64,000 bases of DNA from Thermoplasmata archaeon (GTDB taxonomy: Archaea; Thermoplasmatota; E2; JACPAO01; JAHFTW01). The notes under the pieces are model-generated. The model saw only the letters and a list, made by a program, of their open reading frames with translations, was not told where the DNA came from and made no database searches. The stretch lies in contig JAXDQS010000001.1 in assembly GCA_034667725.1 (NCBI GenBank), forward strand, positions 32,001 through 96,000. Reading direction: 5' to 3'. The position numbers and the translations under genes are program-made. Below, piece by piece: positions 47,733-56,734 of the stretch; within the stretch, counting starts at the first letter, position 1; every line of letters starts with the position of its first letter.

Positions 47733-47779
47733 GCCCTTTTCCTCTCCTTCTCCCCTTCCTTTGTGCCTTCTGTTTTTTT
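47733..47779 (+). terminator. Pyrimidine-rich terminator
   Basis: cccttttcctctccttctccccttcctttgtgccttctg followed by a T run. Confidence 0.6.
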
Positions 47780-47783
47780 GCGC

Positions 47784-48587
47784 CTACGCCAGCTTGGTGA
47801 CCTTGCCGCACTTCGGGCAGCGCAGGTGGATCGGCCGCTCCTGGGGCGCCAGCAGGATGGTCTCGCAGCCGCCGCACTTGCCGCGCGCCATGCCGTCCGG
47901 CGTGAAGTCCGGGTCGCCGCCCGGCGGCGCGACCTTGGCCAGCACCGCGGCCGGCTCCTTGCGCACCACCATGGCCGCCGCGCGCGGGCTCGACGCCGGC
48001 GCCGGCGACGGCACCATCACGACGCCGCCGTCGTCGGTGCGCGCCAGCGGCACGATGGTCTCGCCGCGCCGCTGCGCCAGCTGCTCGCCGCGCGTGACGC
48101 CGCTCGGGCCCTTGCGCTGCGGCCAGCCCTTGGCGTCCACCTGCATGTTGCGGTTGGGCGGCAGCACCGGCGGCAGGCGCTGGATGGCCGGCCGCGGATC
48201 GCCGCGGGCGGGCGCCTCCTCCACGTCCTCCTCGACCGCGATGGCGTGCTCCTCGTCCCCGCCCGCCTTGGGCTCGAACTCGAACGACAGGGGCCGCCCC
48301 ACGGGCAGCGGCGGCGCGCCCGCCGGCTGCGGCGGCTCCGCCGCGCGCACGGCGGCGGCAGCACCGTCGCGGCGGGCCAGGACCACGAGAAGGAGGCCGT
48401 AGACCGCGACCAGGCCGACGAAGCTGAGGCCGAAGCCGAGCCAGTCGAACAGCGTGCGCGGGTTGCCGTCGGTGCTGGCCTTGCCGAAGGCGTAGAGCGT
48501 CACGACGAGGCCGAGCACGCCGATGGCGGCGAAGACGGTCGCGAGCAATCGGTAGCCGCCACGGCCAATGCCTTCCTGCATCTGCAT
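47784..48587 (-). CDS. Two-TM protein with Pro-rich linker and C-terminal zinc ribbon
   Basis: Two TM helices; CGGC...CPKCG at the C-terminus. Confidence 0.65.
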   Translation of the reverse strand: MQMQEGIGRGGYRLLATVFAAIGVLGLVVTLYAFGKASTDGNPRTLFDWLGFGLSFVGLVAVYGLLLVVLARRDGAAAAVRAAEPPQPAGAPPLPVGRPLSFEFEPKAGGDEEHAIAVEEDVEEAPARGDPRPAIQRLPPVLPPNRNMQVDAKGWPQRKGPSGVTRGEQLAQRRGETIVPLARTDDGGVVMVPSPAPASSPRAAAMVVRKEPAAVLAKVAPPGGDPDFTPDGMARGKCGGCETILLAPQERPIHLRCPKCGKVTKLA

Positions 48588-48735
48588 CCCAGGAGGGCCA
48601 GGGGCGGTCCGGGGATATCTCCGCTTCGGATGGGCAGGCGCGTCCAAAGAATGGGGCGGAATCTGCAAAAGACCGACGTTCTGGCCCAATTGATATTTTA
48701 AAAGGGATGATTGTGGCAAGCTGAGATTGCTGCCG

Positions 48736-49140
48736 ATGGCCCAAGCCTCCACTGGACAATACCCTGCAGACCTGACCAACCAGCTCGGAAGCAGCGAGCA
48801 GGTCCATTTCTTCTCCTGGCTGGCCACCAAGGGCGGCTGCTTCGGGCTGGCGACCAAGCGGGACGAGTACTGGATTGCGCTCACGAACCAGCGTGTCCTC
48901 TACCGCGCCATGGTGCGCGACGAAGCCAACAAGCGCACCATCGAGCGCGAGGGCATGGTTCCTTTCAGCAAGGTCTCCGGCATCGAGGTCACGAACGTCA
49001 AGGCCGACGGGTGCGCCGGCGGCAAGTCCTCGGCGCTGAAGATCGGGTCTTCCGGCGGCGAGGTCATGATTCCGGTCGTGAACCGGGAGAAAGGGCTGGA
49101 AGTGCGCAATGCCTATTCCCGCCTCGCCCACGGCGCTTAG
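48736..49140 (+). CDS. Bacterial PH-domain-like protein
   Basis: IALTNQRVLY...VPFSKVSGIE pattern typical of bPH domains. Confidence 0.55.
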   Translation: MAQASTGQYPADLTNQLGSSEQVHFFSWLATKGGCFGLATKRDEYWIALTNQRVLYRAMVRDEANKRTIEREGMVPFSKVSGIEVTNVKADGCAGGKSSALKIGSSGGEVMIPVVNREKGLEVRNAYSRLAHGA

Positions 49141-49357
49141 GCTCCGTCCTGCCAACCGGGCCGCCGTCTGGGCCATCGGACGCTACCGGCGCGCGACCGC
49201 GAGCCGGGCCCATCGGTGCCTGCATTGGCCCACTTGCTCCAACTATGGGCTGATCGCCTACGAGAAGTACGGGTTCTGGAAGGCTACGGGAAAGACCTGG
49301 CGGCGCGTCCGCCAATGCCACCCCTTCTCCACCCTGCCCTACGAGGACTTCCCGTGA
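49109..49357 (+). CDS. YidD-like (membrane protein insertion efficiency factor/haemolytic domain) protein
   Basis: YR...CLHWPTCSNYGLIAYEKYG...G..WRRV.QCHPF..EDFP matches the three-Cys YidD pattern. Confidence 0.7.
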   Translation: MPIPASPTALRLRPANRAAVWAIGRYRRATASRAHRCLHWPTCSNYGLIAYEKYGFWKATGKTWRRVRQCHPFSTLPYEDFP

Positions 49358-49358
49358 C

Positions 49359-50753
49359 CTACTCGTCCGCGACGTCCAGCACCGGGGTCGGGACCGCCGG
49401 CTTCTGGAGGTTGCCCGTCTTGGTGGTCTTGACGTAGACGCTGGGCTTCTTGAGGACGAACTCGTCCAGGAAGGCGCTCCAGAAGGTCAGGGTCTGGAAC
49501 ATCATGTAGGGGCCCAAGAGCGGGAGGGCGAGCCATTCCCGGAGGTCGTGGCGGACGCCGTCGCGGCGGTCCTGGAGCCACATGCACAGCCAGGCCACGA
49601 ACGGGGCGGCGGAGAAGACGGTCCAGCCCCACATGTCGCCCGGGATGAAGGTCGAGGTGTCGACGCCCATCTGGCCGAGCAGGAACAGCGCGGGGCTGAG
49701 GAGGAACACGATGGGCACGAGGACGTAGGCCAGCGTGTGGTACAGGTCGAGCTTGGCGCCGAGGTGGACGTGCTCCATGCCGTGGACGCGGCCGATGTAG
49801 CGCTTGGTGACCTGCATCCAGCCGCGGCCCCAGCGGCGGCGCTGCGCCCACCAGGCGGACAGCTGGGCGGGGTTCTCCTCCAGGGTGCGGATCTCGGGGT
49901 CGACCAGGATCTGGCCGCCGGCCTCGTGGATCTTGATGCTGAAGTCGATGTCCTCGACCAGGATCTCCTCGTCGAAGGCGCCGAGGCGCTGGAACACCTC
50001 GCGGCGGAAGAACGCCTGGCCGCCGCCGAAGAAGGTGAAGCCGCCGACGACGTCGCGCATGTAGATGTCGCCGCGCTCGATGACGTCGCGCTCGAGCTTG
50101 GTGAGGGCGGCGAGGACGGACTCGTGCTGGTTGATGCCGACGGCGCGGCCCTTGACGCACACCACGCCCGGGTTGGCCAGGAAGTGCTGCACGGCGCGCT
50201 TGACGGCGCCGGGCTCCAGCTCGTGGTCGGCGTCCAGCGACACCAGGATCTCGCCGGTGCACTGCGACAGGCCGAAGTTGCACGCCGCCGCCTTGCCGCC
50301 GCGCTTGTCGTCGCGCTCGACGGCGACGAAGCGGGCGTCCTTGCGGGCGGCGGCCTGGATGAGCGGGCCGGTGAGGTCGGTGGAGCGCTTCTCGTAGACG
50401 TAGACGAAGCGGATGCGGTCGTGGGGGTAGTCCACCCGTTCCATCGAGGCGATGGTGCGCGGCAGCACGGCGCCCTCGTTGTAGGCGACGACCAGGACGG
50501 AGACGGTGGGCCACGCGACGCCGTCGGGCTTGGGCGGCGGGGCGGGGCGGCGGCGGAAGGTCGCGAACGCGGCGAGGTAGACGCGGGCGACGACCAGCAC
50601 GAGGCCGACGAAGATGATGGTGCTGACCACGCGCAGGTAGTCGTGGACGTAGAGCGCGGGCACGAGCGCGAACGCGGTGAGCAGGAGGCCGAGCACGACC
50701 TTCACGAGCGCGTCGCGCAGCTTGCCACCGGTGCCTGAGAGGCTGACTTCCAC
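49359..50753 (-). CDS. Processive GT2 (cellulose/PNAG synthase-like) membrane glycosyltransferase
   Basis: VAYNEG, GGKA, LDAD, VEDID, QRRRW (D,D,D,QxxRW); N- and C-terminal TM helices. Confidence 0.85.
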   Translation of the reverse strand: MEVSLSGTGGKLRDALVKVVLGLLLTAFALVPALYVHDYLRVVSTIIFVGLVLVVARVYLAAFATFRRRPAPPPKPDGVAWPTVSVLVVAYNEGAVLPRTIASMERVDYPHDRIRFVYVYEKRSTDLTGPLIQAAARKDARFVAVERDDKRGGKAAACNFGLSQCTGEILVSLDADHELEPGAVKRAVQHFLANPGVVCVKGRAVGINQHESVLAALTKLERDVIERGDIYMRDVVGGFTFFGGGQAFFRREVFQRLGAFDEEILVEDIDFSIKIHEAGGQILVDPEIRTLEENPAQLSAWWAQRRRWGRGWMQVTKRYIGRVHGMEHVHLGAKLDLYHTLAYVLVPIVFLLSPALFLLGQMGVDTSTFIPGDMWGWTVFSAAPFVAWLCMWLQDRRDGVRHDLREWLALPLLGPYMMFQTLTFWSAFLDEFVLKKPSVYVKTTKTGNLQKPAVPTPVLDVADE

Positions 50754-50900
50754 GGCGTTCCGACCCGATTTGCACGAAAGGACTGGATATATGAACCCCT
50801 CCGTCGCGATTGCCGCGGCCGAAACCGGGCGGCGCGACGGAAGGCGCGGCGGCGGTTCCTTCAAGCAGGCTTTTGGGCATGAGCCCCCTTGCGCATCGCC

Positions 50901-51329
50901 ATGGCGCGGCCCGTCATCCTGGTGGTCGATGACGAGAAGGACATCCTCGATTCGCTGTCCGCCTACCTCACCTCGGTGCTGCCGGTGGACGTCAAGACCG
51001 CGCCGTCCGCCCGCGCCGGCCTCGACATCCTCGTCCAGGGCAACGTGGCGCTGATCGTCACCGACTACTACATGCCCGGCATGGACGGCCTGGAGTTCCT
51101 GCTGCGCGCCGGCTTCATCGCGCCCAAGGTCCCGCGCATCGTCATGACGGCCTACCCGGACCTGAACCTGGCCATGCGCGCCCTCAACGAGCAGCGGGTG
51201 TCCGCGTTCCTCACCAAGCCGCTGGAGCCCGAGACGCTGGTGCGCCAAATCCGGTTCGCGCTGGGGCTGCCGGGCGGGGCGGCGGCCAAGCCGGGGACGA
51301 CGGTCGCGCCGACGCCTGCGAAGCACTGA
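50901..51329 (+). CDS. Stand-alone response regulator receiver
   Basis: ILVVDDE, TDYYMPGMDG, MTAY, FLTKP. Confidence 0.88.
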   Translation: MARPVILVVDDEKDILDSLSAYLTSVLPVDVKTAPSARAGLDILVQGNVALIVTDYYMPGMDGLEFLLRAGFIAPKVPRIVMTAYPDLNLAMRALNEQRVSAFLTKPLEPETLVRQIRFALGLPGGAAAKPGTTVAPTPAKH

Positions 51330-51336
51330 GGCACGC

Positions 51337-52653
51337 TCAGTAGACGTCGAGCGTCCGTTGGCGCCGCAGCATCCCCAACAGCCCCGCGTGCAGCCGCCAC
51401 GTCTTGAGGAGGGCGTGCCGGTCGATGTGCCGCAGCGCCGCGTCCAGGTCCTCGAACACCAACGGCCGGGCCTCCATCGCGACGCGGCTGGCCTCGCGCA
51501 CCACCCACACCCCGAGCGGCGTCGTGTAGGCGTCCGTGACCTCGCGCAGCACGATGGCCGTCGCCTGCCGCCGAATGGCCACGAGGTGCTCCAGCACCGA
51601 CAGCCGGGTCGCGTAGTAGCCGCCCGCCGTCGCCGCCGCGTACGCCGTGCGCTTGCCCGTCGGGTTGAGGGCGGTGTCCTCCCAGTCGTTGGCGGCGATG
51701 GCGTCGGCGCCGCGGCTCCAGAACGCGCCCTTGAGCCAGGCCTCGGTGTTGTCGAAGCCCCAGGAGCGCGGCACCAGCAGCACGAAGAACCGGTTGCCGA
51801 ACTTCTCGCCGAAGTGGACGAGCGGCTTGTCGATGGTGGGGTATCCACGCACCTGCTCGATGAGCCGCTGCCCCACCTGGTCGTCGGTCGCCGTGATGGC
51901 CCACCGCGTCGGCACCAGGCGCCGCTTCTGCCCGAGGCCCACCATGCCCGCCGACAGGATGCGCTCCAACTGGTAGACCGGCGTCCCCGTCGCGTACATG
52001 TTCTGCAGCGCCTCGCCAGCGCGGAGGTCCGTGTCCTGCACCGCCCGCTCGACCGGCGCCTCGACACGCACGTTGTCGGCCAGCCGCGCCCGCTCGACCT
52101 CGACCGTCGGCCCGTGCGGCGGCGTGAACTCGCCGACGGCCGGGTCGCCGAAGCGGGGCGCTCGCCGCAGCCGGACCTCGGCATCGACGGGCCGTGCCGC
52201 GATGGCGAGCTCCTGGCTCAGTTGGGTGATGCGGTCGCTGGAGAACGGCAGGCCGCGCGCCGCGGCGTCCGCGACCTTGACCTTGTGCGTCGTGCGGACC
52301 AGGCTGGCGCGCAGGCCGACGATGTCCGGAATGCCCAGCGTGAGCCAGTCGCGCGGCGAGTCGAGCAGGCGGGCGGCGTCGGCGTCGCGGTGCTCGGGCG
52401 GCAGCATGGGGCCGATGCTGACGTTGGGGTAGCCGTGCCGGCCGACGAACAGGCTGGGCGGGCTGCTGCCGAACAGGTCGCGGCCGAACTTGCCGCCGGC
52501 CTGCACCGTCTTGGGCATCTGGTGGCGGATTTTCTGAAGGAGCGGGCAGGGGTCGATCCCGCACAGGCCCCGGGCCCCCTTGCACGGCACGCACAGCCGG
52601 GGGTCGATGGACGCGATGGTGGCGTCGAGGGCAGCCTCGTCGATGGAGGGCAT
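51337..52653 (-). CDS. nreA: Nre archaeal PCNA-interacting DNA repair protein
   Basis: LCVPCKG...CG...CP, GSSPPSLFVGR.GYP, LVPTRWAITATD, GGYYA.RL, PLGVWVVRE; C-terminal PIP-like QRTLDVY. Confidence 0.9.
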   Translation of the reverse strand: MPSIDEAALDATIASIDPRLCVPCKGARGLCGIDPCPLLQKIRHQMPKTVQAGGKFGRDLFGSSPPSLFVGRHGYPNVSIGPMLPPEHRDADAARLLDSPRDWLTLGIPDIVGLRASLVRTTHKVKVADAAARGLPFSSDRITQLSQELAIAARPVDAEVRLRRAPRFGDPAVGEFTPPHGPTVEVERARLADNVRVEAPVERAVQDTDLRAGEALQNMYATGTPVYQLERILSAGMVGLGQKRRLVPTRWAITATDDQVGQRLIEQVRGYPTIDKPLVHFGEKFGNRFFVLLVPRSWGFDNTEAWLKGAFWSRGADAIAANDWEDTALNPTGKRTAYAAATAGGYYATRLSVLEHLVAIRRQATAIVLREVTDAYTTPLGVWVVREASRVAMEARPLVFEDLDAALRHIDRHALLKTWRLHAGLLGMLRRQRTLDVY

Positions 52654-52682
52654 GGCCACCACACGCTTCAAATAGCCAACGG

Positions 52683-54077
52683 ATGAGGACGGAGCTTGTG
52701 CGCGCGTGGGCCGCGGCCGTCATCGTCCTGCTGGCAGGATGCACGGCGCCACCGCCTCCGGACTCCTCCGTCCTGCCGGCCATCCCTGGCGGACTGCTCC
52801 CCGGCGAGGCGGGCGAGGGCTTCTTCCTGCTGCCCCACGCCGGCGGCGAGCTGGCCTTCGGGGTCGCGGGCACCGCCCACATCGAGCTCTACGGCCCCGA
52901 CGATGTCCGGCTCGGCAGCCTGACCCTCGGCGGCCTGCTCGGCGCCGAGCCGGTGCGCCTCCAGCGGCCCCCCGGCGCCCACGTGCTGCACGTCGCGAGC
53001 CTGGAGGGCAAGCTGCGGGTCGAGTCCGGCGGCGCGGAGGCCCGGCTGCACCCGCTCATCCTCCAGGCCGAGCGCGTCGTGCTGGCCGAGGGGCAAGGCA
53101 GCCTGGTCCCGCCGCTGCCGTTCGCGTTCGGGGCGCCGGTGGCCACCTCCCTGAACGTCAGCTTCAGCCGCGCCCCCGTCGGCCTCCAGGCCCTCGTGCT
53201 GGGCAGCTTCAGCGAGGTGCGCGTCGAGGTGGACGGCGTGGGCCGCGCCTACGAGGCCGCCGCCAGCAGCACCAACCCCTTCGTCTTCACCGGCGACCGC
53301 CAGGACCTCACGGGCAGCTTCGACCCGGAAGGCGTCCGCGACGGCAACCTCACCGCCCACGTGAGCGTCGTGGACCTGCAAGGCACGGTGCTGCTGGAGG
53401 CCACCACCTACGTCCGCAGCCTGCCGCCGGCCGCCCTGCCCAGCGCCCCCGCCACCCAGCCGCCCACGTTCCCCTACGGCTTCCTGCCGCGCGACAAGCC
53501 CGTGCTGTTCCAGGTCGCGCCCGACGCCCGCGCGCTCACCCTCGACGGCGGCCCCGACGGCGCCTTGGTGGCCCTGTTCGGCCCCGCCGACCAGCGGCTC
53601 GGCGCCTACGGCGTCGCGGCCAACGGGCGGCTGGCCATCGCGGTGCCGGAAGGGGGCGACTACGTGGCCGCCCTCCTGACCGGCAACGCCACCCTCGGCG
53701 CCGACGCGGCGCCGGCCGCCTTCGACTTCCGCCCGCTTGCGGTGACGGTCGTGACGGCCCCGGACAATCCCGCGGGCGAGTCGGACAGCTACGCCGCCGC
53801 CGAGCAGCCGCTGCAACCCGCCGGCGTGGTGTATTACGTCGAGGCCACCCCGCTCGCCGGCCGCGACCTGCTGCCGGTGCAATGCAGCGACTCCACCGGC
53901 GTGCGGCTGCGGCAAGGCGGCGAAGGCATCCTGGCGTGGTTCGCGGAGGCCCCGATGGCGCCAGCGGCGGCGTCGAGCGCGCTCCTGGACGGCAGCCCGC
54001 TCATGGTCTGGCACGACGGCCAGGGCGACGACGGCTGCGGCCGGGCCGGGGTCGCGGCCCACGGCTACACGCGGTGA
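52683..54077 (+). CDS. Lipoprotein of unknown function
   Basis: VIVLLAGC lipobox; internal repeat (LYGPDD.RLG / LFGPADQRLG). Confidence 0.6.
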   Translation: MRTELVRAWAAAVIVLLAGCTAPPPPDSSVLPAIPGGLLPGEAGEGFFLLPHAGGELAFGVAGTAHIELYGPDDVRLGSLTLGGLLGAEPVRLQRPPGAHVLHVASLEGKLRVESGGAEARLHPLILQAERVVLAEGQGSLVPPLPFAFGAPVATSLNVSFSRAPVGLQALVLGSFSEVRVEVDGVGRAYEAAASSTNPFVFTGDRQDLTGSFDPEGVRDGNLTAHVSVVDLQGTVLLEATTYVRSLPPAALPSAPATQPPTFPYGFLPRDKPVLFQVAPDARALTLDGGPDGALVALFGPADQRLGAYGVAANGRLAIAVPEGGDYVAALLTGNATLGADAAPAAFDFRPLAVTVVTAPDNPAGESDSYAAAEQPLQPAGVVYYVEATPLAGRDLLPVQCSDSTGVRLRQGGEGILAWFAEAPMAPAAASSALLDGSPLMVWHDGQGDDGCGRAGVAAHGYTR

Positions 54078-54108
54078 GCCTAAGTCCCCGCCCGCCTGAG
54101 GGCCGGCC

Positions 54109-55458
54109 GTGGACCTGGTCTGCCCCCTCGACTTCCGCTACGGCCGCGCCGAGATGAAGGCCCTCTGGACGGAGGAGGCCCGGCTGCGCTACTTGCTCCA
54201 GGTCGAGGCCGCCCTCGCCCACGCCCACGCCGAGACCGGCACCATCCCGAAGGAGGCCGCCAAGCGGCTGCAGAAGGTGGCGGACTCGGGCAAGGTCAAG
54301 CCCGACCGCGTCAAGGCGATCGAGGCCGAGATCAAGCACGACCTGATGGCCGTCGTCAAGGCGATGACCGAGGTGGCGGGCCCCGAGGACGGGAAGTTCA
54401 TCCACCTGGGCGCCACCTCCTATGACATCATCGACACCGCCAACGCGCTCCAGTTCCGCGACGCGCTGGAGCACCTGCGCGCCGGCCTGCGCAAGCTGCG
54501 CGACGCACTCCTGCGGCAGGCGGACGCGCACCGCCACACCACCATGCTGGGCCGCACCCACGGCCAGTCCGCCGTGCCCATCACCTTCGGCCTCAAGATG
54601 GCCGTGTACGCCTCCGAGGTCGGCCGGCACCTGGAGCGGCTGGCCGAGGTCGAGGCCCGCGTCGCCGTCGGCATGATGAGCGGCGCCACCGGCAGCATGG
54701 CGGCGTTCCGTGGCAAGGGCATCGAGGTCCAGGCCGCCGTGTGCAAGAAGCTCGGGCTCAAGCCGGTGACGGCCAGCACCCAGATCATCCAGCGCGACCG
54801 CTACATCGAGCTGTTCTCGTTGCTCGCCAACATCGCGACGTCGCTGGAGAAGTTCGCCACCGAGGTCCGCACGCTGCAACGCACCGAGATCGGCGAGGTC
54901 GCCGAGGGCTTCGACGCCAAGAAGCAGGTCGGGTCGTCCACGATGCCGCACAAGCAGAACCCCATCACCTCGGAGCAGATCTCCGGCCTCGCCCGGCTGG
55001 TGCGCAGCTTCGTCCTCCCGGTGTGGGAGAACGCCATCCAATGGAACGAGCGCGACCTGGCCAACTCCGCCCCCGAGCGCTTCCTCCACCCGCACGCCTT
55101 CATCCTGCTCGACCACATCCTGCACCAGGCGGCCAAGGTGTTCACCGAGCTGCGCGTCTTCCCCGACCGGATGCTGGAGAACATGGAACGCGCCCAGGGC
55201 CTCATGATGGCGGAGTCCGTCATGATCGCCTTGACCGAGAAGGGCGTCGGCCGCCAGGAGGCCCACGAGATGGCCCGCGAAGCCGCGATGCACGCCATCC
55301 AAGGCCGGACGCACTACCGCGACGCGCTCCTGGCGCACAAGCCCATCGCGAAGGCCCTGGGAAAGAAGGGCATCGCCGACGCCGTGGACCCCGCCAAGTA
55401 CGTCGGCCCAGTGGACCGGATCATCGACCAGGTGGCCCAGGAGACCCGCGGCCTGTGA
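54109..55458 (+). CDS. purB: Adenylosuccinate lyase
   Basis: HLGATSYDI.DT, GRTHGQ, GSSTMPHKQNP, ERDL.NS. Confidence 0.95.
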   Translation: MDLVCPLDFRYGRAEMKALWTEEARLRYLLQVEAALAHAHAETGTIPKEAAKRLQKVADSGKVKPDRVKAIEAEIKHDLMAVVKAMTEVAGPEDGKFIHLGATSYDIIDTANALQFRDALEHLRAGLRKLRDALLRQADAHRHTTMLGRTHGQSAVPITFGLKMAVYASEVGRHLERLAEVEARVAVGMMSGATGSMAAFRGKGIEVQAAVCKKLGLKPVTASTQIIQRDRYIELFSLLANIATSLEKFATEVRTLQRTEIGEVAEGFDAKKQVGSSTMPHKQNPITSEQISGLARLVRSFVLPVWENAIQWNERDLANSAPERFLHPHAFILLDHILHQAAKVFTELRVFPDRMLENMERAQGLMMAESVMIALTEKGVGRQEAHEMAREAAMHAIQGRTHYRDALLAHKPIAKALGKKGIADAVDPAKYVGPVDRIIDQVAQETRGL

Positions 55459-56630
55459 ACGGCGCGCGGCCGCTTGCCGTCGTCCTCGCGCTGCTTGCCG
55501 CCGGCTGCCTCGGCCCGGCCGAGCCGGAGCTGCGCGCCGTCGCGATCGTGGCGGACGGCAGCCTCGCCCCGGGTGAGCATCGCGTCGAGGCCGGCGCCAG
55601 GCTGGTCGCCGAGGGCACCGTCCCTTTGACCCTGGCGATCCCGGATGGCGCCGTCCTTGAGCTGCGCGACGGCCGCGCCGAGGGCGGGCACGGCCTGGTG
55701 CTGCGCGTCGAGGCCGGCGGCACGTTGCTGATGCACGGCGTGCAAGCCTCGGCCGTCCGCGTCCTCCTGGAGCCCGGCGCGTCGGCCCGCATCGTGGACT
55801 CGACCCTCGGACTGGGCGCCGGCGGCATCCACGCCCGCAACGCCAGCCTCGCCTTGGTCGGCGGCCTGCTGCACGGCTCCACCGAGGAGTGGCTGCGCGT
55901 CGAGGGCGGGACCGCCACCGTGGCGGGCACCTCCTTTGTGGACTCCGGCGGCGGCCGGCCCGGCATCGCCGCGACCGGCGCCGACCTGCGCATCGCCGAC
56001 GCCCGCCTGGACGGCGCCAAGGGCTACGGCATCCAGGCCCAAGGCGGCCTGCTGCGGGTCGAGCGGACCACGGTCGCCTCCGCCAACGACTACGGCCTCC
56101 AGGCGTCCGGCGGCCGCGTCGAGCTCGCCGACAACCGCTGGGAGGCGTTCTGCGGCGTGTTCTTGGGCCCCGGCGCGACCGGGCGCGTCGAGCGCGACCT
56201 CTTTGTCTCGGCCCACCGCGGCCTGACCCTCGCCCAGGCCGGCAACGTCACGGTCGAGGGCGCGCGCTTCGAGGGCGTCCAGCACGGCGCCCAGATCCAC
56301 GGCGGCACGGCCCGGGTCGCCAACAGCACCTTCGCGCGCAACGACGTGGCCCTGTCGCTGGACGCCGACGGCAACGCCACCGTCGTCGGCAACCGCTTCA
56401 CGGCCAACGGCGGCGCCTTGGAAGTCCATGCCCCGTCTGGCGTCCATGTGCGGGGCAACGGATTCGAGGGCTCCGTGCGCTTCGCGGTCGCGAACCGAGG
56501 CGCGACTCCCCTGGACGCCCGCGGAAACTGGTGGGGCCGCGCCTCCGGCCCGGTGCTCGGCCCGGCCGCCGAGGTCCAAGGCGACGTCAATGCGGACCCG
56601 TGGCTGGAGCAGCCCGAAACGGGTGGCTAG
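55455..56630 (+). CDS. Lipoprotein with right-handed beta-helix repeats
   Basis: LLAAGC lipobox; repeated G-hydrophobic/N-x-F motifs; DARGNWWG..SGP...PW C-terminal motif. Confidence 0.7.
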   Translation: MNGARPLAVVLALLAAGCLGPAEPELRAVAIVADGSLAPGEHRVEAGARLVAEGTVPLTLAIPDGAVLELRDGRAEGGHGLVLRVEAGGTLLMHGVQASAVRVLLEPGASARIVDSTLGLGAGGIHARNASLALVGGLLHGSTEEWLRVEGGTATVAGTSFVDSGGGRPGIAATGADLRIADARLDGAKGYGIQAQGGLLRVERTTVASANDYGLQASGGRVELADNRWEAFCGVFLGPGATGRVERDLFVSAHRGLTLAQAGNVTVEGARFEGVQHGAQIHGGTARVANSTFARNDVALSLDADGNATVVGNRFTANGGALEVHAPSGVHVRGNGFEGSVRFAVANRGATPLDARGNWWGRASGPVLGPAAEVQGDVNADPWLEQPETGG

Positions 56631-56734
56631 GCGGCGTCGGCTACAAAACAACGTCGCGTCGCCCTGGCCGTTCGGGCGGCATCGGAGCCCGTGTCAGGAC
56701 AACCTATTCAAGGGGTCCTTGGCTTGGCGCCGGC

